DNA of 41,248 nt, from NCBI GenBank assembly GCA_902796675.1, contig CADBQA010000145.1, positions 1 to 41,248 on the forward strand. Reading direction: 5' to 3'. Shown here in pieces: positions 16,946 to 25,501 of this stretch. The position numbers and the translations under genes were made by a program. The stretch is from an uncultured Ruminococcus sp. Lineage in GTDB: Bacteria; Bacillota; Clostridia; Oscillospirales; CAG-272. How positions within the stretch are numbered: the first letter of the stretch is position 1; every line of letters starts with the position of its first letter. The notes under the pieces are model-generated. The model was not told the origin of the DNA, ran no database searches, and saw only the letters and a program-made list of their open reading frames with translations.

Positions 16946-16957
16946 AAGGTGTAATAT

Positions 16958-18070
16958 ATGTGGATCGCGATAATCGCGGCGCTCCTTACGGTCAGCGCCT
17001 CGGGTATTCTTTATATCTCGTTCAGAGCGGCGAATTTTTCGTTCGTCAAGCGGCTCTCCGGCGGCAGAAGATGGCTCGGAAGGCTTGCCTGTTTCGTGTT
17101 TTTCTCAGCTCTTCTCGCCGTTTTGTGGCTTACGATGAATATGTGGAACGCACTCGTCTGTATGGTCCACCTCATACTGTTCTGGCTCATCGGCGACATG
17201 ATCGCTCTCATATACCGCAAGGCGGCGTCCCGCCCGAAGAAGAAATACATCGCCGGCGCGGTCTCGGCGGCGCTTTGCGTCCTGTATCTTGCCGTCGGAT
17301 GGTTTCTCGCGCACCACGTCTTTGTGGTGTCGTACCGGTTTGAGAGCGAAAAACTCGACGGGAACGTGAGGATAGTTCAGATAACGGACTCCCACGTCGG
17401 CGCGACATTCCACGCGGACGGATTTCTCGAGCATATAAAAGAGATAAACGAATACAAGCCGGACGCCGTCGTCGTCACCGGAGACTTCGTCGACGACGAC
17501 ACGACGCGCGAGGATATGATAGGAAGCTGCGACGCGCTCGGAGAGCTTGAGACGAAGTACGGAGTCTACTTCATTTACGGCAACCACGATAAGGGTTATT
17601 ACAGCGAGGCGGCGAAGGGCTGGACGAACGCGGAGCTTCGCGAGAGACTTCTTGAAAACGGGGTCATACTTCTCGAGGACTCGTCCGTCCTCGTCGACGG
17701 CAGGTTCTATATCGTCGGGCGGCAGGACCGCTCCGAGGAGCAGCGCGGCTCGTCGAGGCTGACCGCGGGCGAGATAATGGAAGACGTCGACCGCTCGAAG
17801 TTCGTCCTGATGCTCGACCACCAGCCGTACGATTTCGACGCGGAAGCGGAAGCGGGCGCCGACCTTGTCCTTTGCGGACACACCCACGGCGGTCAGTTCA
17901 TACCGATAACGCACGTCGGAGAGTGGACCGGAGAAAACTGCCTGCGTTACGGACACGAGAGAAGAGAGAACACCGATTTCATCGTTTCGTCCGGCATCAG
18001 CAACTGGACTTTCAAATTCAAGACCGGGTGCCACTCGGAGTTCGTCGTAATAGATATTACGGGAAAATGA
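16958..18070 (+). CDS. Membrane-anchored metallophosphoesterase (YkuE-like calcineurin-fold)
   Basis: N-terminal TM helices followed by the motifs ITDSHVG, TGDFVDD, GNHD and GHTHGGQ. Confidence 0.8.
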   Translation: MWIAIIAALLTVSASGILYISFRAANFSFVKRLSGGRRWLGRLACFVFFSALLAVLWLTMNMWNALVCMVHLILFWLIGDMIALIYRKAASRPKKKYIAGAVSAALCVLYLAVGWFLAHHVFVVSYRFESEKLDGNVRIVQITDSHVGATFHADGFLEHIKEINEYKPDAVVVTGDFVDDDTTREDMIGSCDALGELETKYGVYFIYGNHDKGYYSEAAKGWTNAELRERLLENGVILLEDSSVLVDGRFYIVGRQDRSEEQRGSSRLTAGEIMEDVDRSKFVLMLDHQPYDFDAEAEAGADLVLCGHTHGGQFIPITHVGEWTGENCLRYGHERRENTDFIVSSGISNWTFKFKTGCHSEFVVIDITGK

Positions 18071-18092
18071 TCTTGCAAAGGAGGAGGGCGCC

Positions 18093-19364
18093 GTGAGAAA
18101 CTGGATAAAGCTCGACAACGCGGCGAAAATATATCCTCCCGCGGCAAATAAAAAGTGGACGGCGATGTTCCGCCTCTCCGTCACCCTGACGGAGGATGTG
18201 GACCGGGAGACTCTTGAAAGCTCCCTCCGCCGCGCTCTTGTCCGCTTTCCGTCGTTTGCGTGCAGACTGCGGCGCGGGGTCTTTTGGTATTATCTTGAAC
18301 ATATCGACGGCGCGCCGCCGGTGACGGAGGACGTGTACAATCCGCTTCAGAAGCTTAAAACGAGGCAGAACGGGCATTTTATGTTCCGCGTCCTCTACTA
18401 TAAAAACAGGATAGCGTGCGAGTTTTCTCACGCGCTGACGGACGGTCACGGCGGTATGACGTTTCTTCTGTCGCTCGTCGCCGATTATATAAAGACGAAG
18501 TATTCTGAGGACGTCCCGCCTTCCGGCTACGTTCTCTCTCTCGACGGGGATCCGTCGCCGGAGGAGTACGAGGACGCCTTTCTCAAGTACGCCGCGCGAG
18601 AGACTAAGAGCAGAAGCGAGACGCGCTCTTACAACATGACCGGAGAGCCGGTCCCGTTTGACAGAACGCTTTTCGTCTCCGCCGTGGTACCGACGGAGAG
18701 CCTCGTTTCGGCGGCAAAGGAGCGCGGCGTCACGGTCGGGGTCTTCCTCTCGTCGCTCCTTCTTTACAGCTGCTATCTGAAACAGAGGACGGAGCGCGAA
18801 CGGAAGAAAAGACGGCAGGACGTGAAGGTTTCCGTGCCGGTAGACCTTCGCCGCCACTTCGAGAGCCGCACGCTGAGGAACTTTTCGGCGTACGTAAACC
18901 CGTCTATCAGCCCGCGCCTCGGAGAGTATACTTTCGGCGAGATACTCGTTCAGGTGTCGCACTTTATGGGTATGTATCTCAACGAAAAGGAGCTTCGCGC
19001 GCGTTTTTCGCAGAACGTCGCCGCGGAGAGAAACGCCTTCATAAGACCCATTCCGCTGTTTATAAAATCGTTCATACTGAAGATGTTCTATATCTTCCAG
19101 GGCGACCGTTACTTCGCCTCGACGATATCGAATATCGGCAGGGTAGAGCTTCCGGAGGAGGTCGGCAAATACGTCTCGCGCATAGATTTTATGCCCGGGC
19201 GCGCGCTGATACCGAGGACTAACTGCTCCGTCGTCAGCTACGGCGGAAATACTTATATCAACTTTACAAGGACCGTACTCGGATCCGACGTTGAAAAGAC
19301 GTTCTTTACCGAGCTTGTTAAGCTGGGTGTCCCCGTCTTCGTCGAGGGAAACGAGAGGTATTGA
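18093..19364 (+). CDS. Condensation/alcohol-acetyltransferase-like acyltransferase
   Basis: GTG start after AGGAGGAGG. HALTDGHGG matches the HxxxDG active-site motif of the condensation/WS-DGAT/alcohol acetyltransferase superfamily. Confidence 0.6.
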   Translation: MRNWIKLDNAAKIYPPAANKKWTAMFRLSVTLTEDVDRETLESSLRRALVRFPSFACRLRRGVFWYYLEHIDGAPPVTEDVYNPLQKLKTRQNGHFMFRVLYYKNRIACEFSHALTDGHGGMTFLLSLVADYIKTKYSEDVPPSGYVLSLDGDPSPEEYEDAFLKYAARETKSRSETRSYNMTGEPVPFDRTLFVSAVVPTESLVSAAKERGVTVGVFLSSLLLYSCYLKQRTERERKKRRQDVKVSVPVDLRRHFESRTLRNFSAYVNPSISPRLGEYTFGEILVQVSHFMGMYLNEKELRARFSQNVAAERNAFIRPIPLFIKSFILKMFYIFQGDRYFASTISNIGRVELPEEVGKYVSRIDFMPGRALIPRTNCSVVSYGGNTYINFTRTVLGSDVEKTFFTELVKLGVPVFVEGNERY

Positions 19365-19365
19365 T

Positions 19366-20070
19366 ATGTCATACTGCGTACACTGCGGCGTGAAACTCGC
19401 CGATTATGAAACGAAATGCCCGCTTTGCGAGACGCCGGTCGTCGACCCTTCAAGGCCAATCGCCGCGGGTGAGTCGCCTTTCCCGGACAGGCTCCGCGAC
19501 GGCGGCAAAAAAATTAACAAGCACTTCGTCGTGACCGTCGCGTCGATAGTCCTTCTCGTGCCGTTCATCGTCACGACGCTCATCGACGTCATCCTCTCCG
19601 TCGGTATGTCCTGGTCGGCGTACGTCCTCGGCGCGGAGGCGCTCTTCTGGCTCGCCGTCGTACTGCCTTACCAGAGCCGCGGGACGAGCCCCTACCTGTT
19701 CTGTTTTATCGACACCGCCGCGACGGCGCTCTACGTCCTTCTTATCGCGGTGATCGAGCGCGGCAGGGTGTGGTACGTTCCGCTCGCGCTGCCGCTTATC
19801 GCGGCGGCGGGGCTCGAGGTCTGCGTGATGGTCGCCATCCACAGAAGTTCCAAGACAGGGAAGCTAACAAAGACGGGACTTGCGATTTTCTCGATCTCGT
19901 TCTATCCGCTCGTCGTCGACGTCGTCATAGCGCATTACCGGTACGGCTCGTATATGCCGCGCTGGTCGTGGTACGCGACGACCCCGCTCTTCGTCCTCGG
20001 TCTCACCGTCATACTTCTGTCGAAGAGCCGCCGATTCACGAACTGGATAAGAAAGAAAATGTTTATATAA
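19366..20070 (+). CDS. Zinc-ribbon plus multi-pass membrane protein (DUF6320-like)
   Basis: Probable start at MSYCVHCG (ATG 19366, one nt after the upstream stop). A CxxC...CxxC ribbon is followed by about 6 TM helices. Confidence 0.65.
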   Translation: MSYCVHCGVKLADYETKCPLCETPVVDPSRPIAAGESPFPDRLRDGGKKINKHFVVTVASIVLLVPFIVTTLIDVILSVGMSWSAYVLGAEALFWLAVVLPYQSRGTSPYLFCFIDTAATALYVLLIAVIERGRVWYVPLALPLIAAAGLEVCVMVAIHRSSKTGKLTKTGLAIFSISFYPLVVDVVIAHYRYGSYMPRWSWYATTPLFVLGLTVILLSKSRRFTNWIRKKMFI

Positions 20071-20077
20071 CGAAAAT

Positions 20078-20103
20078 GAAAAAAGCCCGCGAGGGCTTTT
20101 TTC
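20078..20103. terminator. Bidirectional rho-independent terminator between convergent operons
   Basis: AAAAAAGCCC-GCGA-GGGCTTTTTT, with A-runs and T-runs on the two sides. Confidence 0.7.
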
Positions 20104-21406
20104 ATTTTACAACGCAGATATATTCTATCCCGTAGTATTTGAACGCTTCGATCTTTTCGCGGTCTATCGCCTCACCCGATACGGCGATCGGTATCGCCGG
20201 CGGGCACGAGACGGAGGGCGACGCCATGACGCGCCCGTCCGCTTCGTCGACCGGTATTACTTCACGCGGCGCGAAGAACGCCTCGCGGGGCGTCATAACG
20301 GCTTCGAGCGGCGACGGGACAGGCGGCGGTGAGTTTATCGCCTCGAGGCGGGGAAGCGCTCTCAGCGCACTCTCAAGGCGCGAGAAGTCCTCTTCCGTGT
20401 TCTCGGGCGAGAACATAAGCGTCACGAGGTCCGGGTCGTGAAACTCGGGGTGGATCTTCTTTGATATCAGGTATTCGGCGACCGCGTCGCCGACGTAGCC
20501 GTAAGGCTTCGTCTTTACCGTCAGCTTCGCGCTCTCGTCGCCGACGAAGATAAATCCGAGGGATGAAAGGCTCTCTTTCAGCGCCTCGACCCTCTCCGAG
20601 AGCGCGGCGTATTTTTCGAAAAACGAGTCGGCGTCACCGTTTATAAGGTCGAGCGAGCGAAGGATCGGGTATGACGGGCTCGTCGTGCCGAAGACCTCCA
20701 TCGTCTCCTTGACGAACGGCGCAAATTCTTTCGCGGCTCCGGCGGAAAGGTGGAGATAGGCGGCGCCCGTCAGCGCGGGAAGCGTCTTGTGCGCCGAGTC
20801 GGCGCACATATCCGCGCCGAGGTCTATCGGGTGGCGCGAGGGTGTGAGAAACTTAAGATACGCGCCATGCGCGTTGTCGACGAGAAGGAGAGTTCCACGC
20901 TCGTGACAGACTCTTGCGATCGGTGCGACGTCGAGCATATTGCCGACGTAGTCGGGGGTCGTGACGTAGACGAAGGCTGCCGGCTCGCCATTCGCGTCGA
21001 GCGTCGTCGCCACGTCGTCAGCCGTCACGGGACAGGAGAGATACGACGCGCCGCGCGGCGTCAGCCACTCGACGTCGAGGTCGAGAAGTATCGCGGCGGA
21101 GAGAAAAGAGACGTGCGCGTTTCGCGCCGCGATAACTCTTTTATTGCCGCCGCGGACGGCGAGAGCCGCCATCGTCTTTATCGCGAGAGACGAACCCTCG
21201 GTCGAATAGTAGGTCGGAAAACCGAAGACCTGTGACGCTGTGCGCTCGCTCTCGGCGACGATGCCGCCGCCCGGGAAGAGGCTTCCCGCGCCGTCGATCT
21301 CCGTTATGTCAAATTTGTACGAGCCTCGGTGTCCCGGCATATGGAAACGGGACGCGCCCGATTTTTCGTAGTTTTCTATGAAGTCCGAAATAGGCGTCGG
21401 ATTCAT
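20102..21406 (-). CDS. PLP-dependent Orn/Lys/Arg decarboxylase-family enzyme
   Basis: The true start is MNPTPISDF (ATG at 21406-21404), in an ATGA overlap with the scfB stop. Motifs HMPGHRG and DSAHKTLP (PLP lysine) are present. The 684-aa track ORF is an artefactual upstream extension. Confidence 0.8.
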   Translation of the reverse strand: MNPTPISDFIENYEKSGASRFHMPGHRGSYKFDITEIDGAGSLFPGGGIVAESERTASQVFGFPTYYSTEGSSLAIKTMAALAVRGGNKRVIAARNAHVSFLSAAILLDLDVEWLTPRGASYLSCPVTADDVATTLDANGEPAAFVYVTTPDYVGNMLDVAPIARVCHERGTLLLVDNAHGAYLKFLTPSRHPIDLGADMCADSAHKTLPALTGAAYLHLSAGAAKEFAPFVKETMEVFGTTSPSYPILRSLDLINGDADSFFEKYAALSERVEALKESLSSLGFIFVGDESAKLTVKTKPYGYVGDAVAEYLISKKIHPEFHDPDLVTLMFSPENTEEDFSRLESALRALPRLEAINSPPPVPSPLEAVMTPREAFFAPREVIPVDEADGRVMASPSVSCPPAIPIAVSGEAIDREKIEAFKYYGIEYICVVK

Positions 21407-22776
21407 ACTTCCTCCTCGCGGGCGACTTCCGCCATTATCGCACATTCCATGCGCTTTTTGAAAAGCTCGCACCCGTATTTGTAAACCCCTCTGACGGAGC
21501 CCGTCGCGTGATAAGCGTTCGCGGCGCATCCGCCCGAGCAGTAGAGCCTCGCCCAGCAGTCGCGGCATTCCTCTCTCGCGTAGACGTTGCAGGAGGCGAA
21601 CTCGTTCTGTATCTCGTGATTTGTGACGCCGTGCCACACGTCGCCGAGACGGAATTTTTCCTCGCCGACGAACTGATGGCAGGGGTAGAGGTCGCCCCAC
21701 GGGGTCACAGCCATATATTCGGTACCGGAGCCGCAGCCCGAGATCCTCTTGTAGACGCAAGGACCGCCCTTCAGGTCTATCATGTAGTGGTAGAAGGTGA
21801 ACGGCTTTCCCTCGCGGCGACGCTTTATGAGAAGGCTTGCCAGCTTTTCGTACTGCTCGAATATTATCGGCATATCCTCTTTTGTCAGCGCGTACGGGTC
21901 GCCCTCGGCGCAGACGACGGGCTCCATCGAGAGCTCCGTGAAGCCGAGGTCGAGCATCGTTTCGATGTCCTTCAGAAAGTCGGGGTTGAGGTGGGTGAAC
22001 GTGCCTCTCATGTAGTAGTTCCTGCCGCCTCTCGCCTCGACGAGACGCTTGAATTTCGGGACTATCCTGTCGTAGCTGCCGCGCCCCGCGTAGTCGACGC
22101 GGAACCTGTCGTGTACCTCGCGCCGTCCGTCGAGACTCAGCACGACGTTGGAGCACTCGCGGTTCGCAAAGTCGATCACGTCGTCGTCGATCAGCATCCC
22201 GTTCGTCGTGAGAGTGAAGCGGAAGTTCTTGCCCGCCTCTTTTTCAACGCTCCGCGCGTAGGCGACGAGACGCTTCACGACGTCGAAGTTCATAAGGGGC
22301 TCTCCGCCGAAAAAGTCGACCTCGAGGTTTCGCCTCGTGCCGGAGTTCTTCACGAGAAAATCGAGCGCGGCGCGCCCCGTCTCAAAGCTCATAAGAGCGC
22401 GCTCGCCGTGAAATTTTCCCTGGCTCGCAAAGCAGTATTCGCAGTTGAGGTTGCAGGTGTGCGCGACGTGGAGGCAGAGCGCCTTGATGACGCCCGACGT
22501 CCTCGCTTTAAGTTCCCCCGCCATGGGAGCGAACGTGTCCGGCGCGAAGAGCTTTCCCTCGTTTTTAAGTTCGGTTATCTCGTCGTAGCACTCGTGGACT
22601 TCTTCCTTCGTCGCGACGTCTTTGTATTTTTCGTATATTTTTTCGGTAACTTCCTCTTTGGAGCCTCCCTCGTAGAGAGAGATCATATCGTACGCCGCGT
22701 CGTCCACCGCGTGAACGGAGCCGGACGCAACGTCGAGCACGATATTCATACCGCCGAGCTTGTACTGATGGATCAT
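21403..22776 (-). CDS. scfB: Radical SAM/SPASM thioether-forming SCIFF peptide maturase
   Basis: Starts MIHQYKLGGMNIVLDV. Radical SAM CNLNCEYC (CxxxCxxC) and C-terminal SPASM cysteine clusters (CGSG...PCHQF and CRDCWARLYCSGGC). Lies immediately downstream of the SCIFF precursor gene. Confidence 0.9.
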   Translation of the reverse strand: MIHQYKLGGMNIVLDVASGSVHAVDDAAYDMISLYEGGSKEEVTEKIYEKYKDVATKEEVHECYDEITELKNEGKLFAPDTFAPMAGELKARTSGVIKALCLHVAHTCNLNCEYCFASQGKFHGERALMSFETGRAALDFLVKNSGTRRNLEVDFFGGEPLMNFDVVKRLVAYARSVEKEAGKNFRFTLTTNGMLIDDDVIDFANRECSNVVLSLDGRREVHDRFRVDYAGRGSYDRIVPKFKRLVEARGGRNYYMRGTFTHLNPDFLKDIETMLDLGFTELSMEPVVCAEGDPYALTKEDMPIIFEQYEKLASLLIKRRREGKPFTFYHYMIDLKGGPCVYKRISGCGSGTEYMAVTPWGDLYPCHQFVGEEKFRLGDVWHGVTNHEIQNEFASCNVYAREECRDCWARLYCSGGCAANAYHATGSVRGVYKYGCELFKKRMECAIMAEVAREEEV

Positions 22777-22835
22777 AACTTGTTCCTCACAGAAATAATG
22801 CCGCCATAGCGGCGGCATTCAAAGAATTTTTATGC

Positions 22836-22991
22836 TTATTTGGATTCTTTCTTTCCGTTCTCGCACTTCTGGTTTGCGATGCCGCAGCTCGTCTTGCAAG
22901 CAGACTGGCAGGAGGTCTGGCATTCGCCGCATCCGCCGTTCTTCGCGCTCTCGCAAAGGTTGCGTGTTTCAATGGTCTTAATATGCTTCAT
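22836..22991 (-). CDS. scfA: SCIFF (six-cysteines-in-forty-five) ranthipeptide precursor
   Basis: 51-aa peptide MKHIKTIETRNLCESAKNGGCGECQTSCQSACKTSCGIANQKCENGKKESK carrying the hallmark GGCGECQTSCQSACKTSC core. GGAGGG ribosome-binding site. The track ORF is extended by 14 codons at its N-terminus. Confidence 0.9.
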   Translation of the reverse strand: MKHIKTIETRNLCESAKNGGCGECQTSCQSACKTSCGIANQKCENGKKESK

Positions 22992-23023
22992 AAGAGTTCC
23001 CTCCGTAGTTTTATTACTATTAT

Positions 23024-23052
23024 AGTATAGCAAATATGACTTGCGTTGTCAA
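23024..23052 (-). promoter_or_regulatory. Sigma-A-type promoter of the scfA-scfB-decarboxylase operon
   Basis: On the minus strand: TTGACA (23052-23047), a 17-nt spacer, then TATACT (23029-23024). Confidence 0.65.
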
Positions 23053-23090
23053 GTGGGAACGTTATTTTATTCCCTCGTCCGCTCCGCGGA

Positions 23091-23207
23091 CATATCGCGT
23101 AGGGCATCGCCCGACATATCGCATTTGCAGGTCAAATATATCGCGCCGCACAGCGGCATATCGCGCGGCGAAGCCGCAATCCCAAGTGAAGGCGGCATAT
23201 CGCGCGG
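23091..23207 (+). repeat. Array of five direct (C/T)ATATCGC repeats in the divergent scfA / cotH-like intergenic region
   Basis: Motif starts at 23091, 23115, 23137, 23157 and 23196, giving spacings of 24, 22, 20 and 39 nt. The last two copies share the 16-mer GCGGCATATCGCGCGG (23153-23168 and 23192-23207). Confidence 0.6.
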
Positions 23208-23249
23208 TTTGTTCATAGATTAAAACTATGTTAATTAATTGCAATTATC

Positions 23250-23279
23250 TTGACCGTAGGCGGGGCGAGGAGTTATAAT
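23250..23279 (+). promoter_or_regulatory. Sigma-A-type promoter for the CotH-dockerin gene
   Basis: TTGACC (23250-23255), an 18-nt spacer, then TATAAT (23274-23279). Confidence 0.55.
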
Positions 23280-23311
23280 ATAAGCAGATAACAAGTCCGG
23301 AGGGCGAAATA

Positions 23312-25468
23312 ATGAAACTTATCAAAAAGATACTCTCGGCATTGATCGCCTTGATATTCGTTATATCAGCCGTGCCCGCTGTCGGAGCCGCGGCGGAGGA
23401 CACGAGATTTTACATAACTCCCGAGGACAACCCCGGTCTCGCTTTTTCCGTAGGCTCTTACGACAAGTCGAGCAGGGAGACGTATCTCTTTATCCCCAAC
23501 ACGGCGGACGCGTCGCGCGTCGTCGTGAGGTATAAGGGGAATTATACGAACGTAACGGGCGCCGCCGTTATCGAGGTCAACACCGCGGAGAAATACTTCG
23601 CCGTCAACGCGACGGAAGAGGCGGTGGTCAAGGCGGGAAGCCGTTATCTCGTGCTGATGCGCTCGTCGATACCTTCGATGAACATAACGCTGAACGAAGG
23701 GGAGAGCCTCGACACGATAAACGCGGACAAGGAAGCGAACATAGGCGCCACCGTTGCCATCGACGGAACGGAGGGCGGCGAGTACGACCTTCCCGCGACG
23801 GCGATACAGATGAAAACGAGAGGAAACACGACCTTCTGGCCCGACAAAAAGCCGTATCAGATAAAGTTCGACAAAAAGACGGACCTTTTCGGTATGGGTA
23901 AGGCTAAAAAGTGGATACTTCTCGCGAACTACTACGACGGAACGATGGTAAGGACGAAGGTCTTCTTCGACCTCGCAAGGGAGATCGGTTTGAACGATAC
24001 GCCAAAGACGGTCTTCGTCGACCTCTACATAGACGGGGATTACAGAGGCGTTTATGAACTGACGGAAAAGATCGAGATAGGCTCGTCGCGCGTCGACCTC
24101 ACGGACGAGAAGGGCGTCATCCTCGAGATGGAGTCAGCGGAGCGCATCAGCTCCGAGACCGATCCGTACTTTACGACGGCTCTTACGAAAAAGCCTTTCG
24201 TATACAAGGATTACGTCACGGATCTTGAGACCGTAAACATCGACACCATCGATCAGGTTTCGGCTGTCAGAAATTTCGTCGAGGGTTATATCAACGAATT
24301 CGAGAGCGCGATCTACGCCGACGTCCCCGACTGGGGGAAGATATCTTCTATGATAGACGTCGACTCTTTCATCCTTTACTACTACCTCAACGAGTACGGC
24401 GAGCAGGTCGACTGCACGCTCGCCAGCACGTATTTTTACATCGACGGCGAGGGCGACGTCCTTCACTGCGGACCTGTCTGGGATTTTGACCGCGTCTGCG
24501 GCTTCAACGACCCCGTGCCGAAGAACACGGATTACTTAAAGAATATCACCTTCAACGTTGATAAGTACCGCGTCGAGTGGTTCAAGGAGCTGTTCCGCAA
24601 CCCCGAGTTCGTAAAGCGCGCAAACGAGCTTTACGGCAAGGTCGTGAAGGCGGCGTTCGATACGGAAAAAGTGAACGCCGAGATCGACAGGCTCCAGGCT
24701 TACCTTATGCCGTCCCTTCTTATGAATCACGTCAAGTGGGTCGTTTTCTACGACAGAACGGCGACCGCGGACGAGAAGACCCAGGACGGCACGGAGGCGG
24801 AACTTGCCTGCATCACGGACAACGTCAAGAGTATCCTCGCCGACAAAAAGGCGTACATGGATACGACGTACGGCGGGCGTTTCCCGACTGTCGCGTACAC
24901 GCCTTACAAGCAGGACGGCTCGGCGGCGAAGACGTACACCGGCGGATGTATGACGTATGACGTCGACTTTGCGGGGCTCGCCGTGAAGCTTTACGACCTT
25001 CCTTGCTCCGGCGGAGTCGAGTACAGCGTAAACGTCGACGGTACTCTTTATACGGCGTCGGACGGGGCTGCCGCGACGGACGCGGCGCACTCGAAGATAA
25101 ACGCGCTGAGCATCAAACTGACGGGCGACGTCGCGGATTATTTTTCCGTTCAGTACAGAGTAAGGATCGGCGACGACAAGTGGAGCCCGTGGGCGTCTGA
25201 CGGCAAGACCGCCGGAAGATCGACGTCGGGCGGAAAATACTACGTCACCGGTCTTCAGGTCAGACTTATTAATACAAAGACTCTCGAGCAGTACTACGTC
25301 GGAGACGTCAACGGAGACGAAAGGCTGACTCTTGACGATCTGCCCGCCATGAAACGGCTTCTTGCAGGCGCGTCCGGCGTCGAAGCGGTCATGGAACGCT
25401 GTGACGTCAACGGCGACGGAAAGATAAACATTGAGGATCTCCCGGCGCTCAAAAAGTTACTCGCTTAA
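23312..25468 (+). CDS. Secreted CotH-family (atypical kinase fold) protein with C-terminal type I dockerin
   Basis: GGAGGG ribosome-binding site and a signal peptide. CotH-like blocks are present (RGNTTFWPDKKPYQIKFDKK, KKWILLANYYDGTMVR, GVYELTEKIE). Dockerin repeats are GDVNGDERLTLDDLPAMKRLLAG and CDVNGDGKINIEDLPALKKLLA. Confidence 0.75.
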   Translation: MKLIKKILSALIALIFVISAVPAVGAAAEDTRFYITPEDNPGLAFSVGSYDKSSRETYLFIPNTADASRVVVRYKGNYTNVTGAAVIEVNTAEKYFAVNATEEAVVKAGSRYLVLMRSSIPSMNITLNEGESLDTINADKEANIGATVAIDGTEGGEYDLPATAIQMKTRGNTTFWPDKKPYQIKFDKKTDLFGMGKAKKWILLANYYDGTMVRTKVFFDLAREIGLNDTPKTVFVDLYIDGDYRGVYELTEKIEIGSSRVDLTDEKGVILEMESAERISSETDPYFTTALTKKPFVYKDYVTDLETVNIDTIDQVSAVRNFVEGYINEFESAIYADVPDWGKISSMIDVDSFILYYYLNEYGEQVDCTLASTYFYIDGEGDVLHCGPVWDFDRVCGFNDPVPKNTDYLKNITFNVDKYRVEWFKELFRNPEFVKRANELYGKVVKAAFDTEKVNAEIDRLQAYLMPSLLMNHVKWVVFYDRTATADEKTQDGTEAELACITDNVKSILADKKAYMDTTYGGRFPTVAYTPYKQDGSAAKTYTGGCMTYDVDFAGLAVKLYDLPCSGGVEYSVNVDGTLYTASDGAAATDAAHSKINALSIKLTGDVADYFSVQYRVRIGDDKWSPWASDGKTAGRSTSGGKYYVTGLQVRLINTKTLEQYYVGDVNGDERLTLDDLPAMKRLLAGASGVEAVMERCDVNGDGKINIEDLPALKKLLA

Positions 25469-25476
25469 AAATATTA

Positions 25477-25501
25477 ACGGCTCTTCAGTTTGAAGAGCCG
25501 T
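25477..25501. terminator. Hairpin ACGGCTCTTCA-GTT-TGAAGAGCCGT, copy 1 of a 25-bp direct repeat
   Basis: 11-bp stem. On the minus strand it is followed by TAATATTTTTAAG, so it could terminate minus-strand transcripts. The identical 25-mer recurs at 25758-25782. Confidence 0.5.

Noticed and set aside
17105-18962. Minus-strand ORFs of 359 aa (17105-18184) and 301 aa (18057-18962).
   Set aside because: They are antisense to the metallophosphoesterase (full motif set present) and the acyltransferase. They are Arg/Val-rich with no recognisable domain.
21407-22156. N-terminal 250-aa extension of the decarboxylase ORF (track ORF 20102-22156, 684 aa).
   Set aside because: The extension is Arg/Pro-rich and lies out of frame inside scfB. 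The conserved N-terminus MNPTPISDF...HMPGHRG starts at the ATGA overlap at 21406.
21508-22809. 433-aa plus-strand ORF.
   Set aside because: It is antisense to scfB, whose radical SAM and SPASM cysteine motifs are unambiguous. It has Val/Arg/Glu-rich shadow composition.
23036-23244. Three ~60-aa ORFs across the CATATCGC repeat region; I also considered a CRISPR array here.
   Set aside because: The ORF translations simply echo the DNA repeat (ISRR/YRA). The repeats are only 8-16 nt with irregular 20-39-nt spacing and there are no cas genes, so this is not a CRISPR array.
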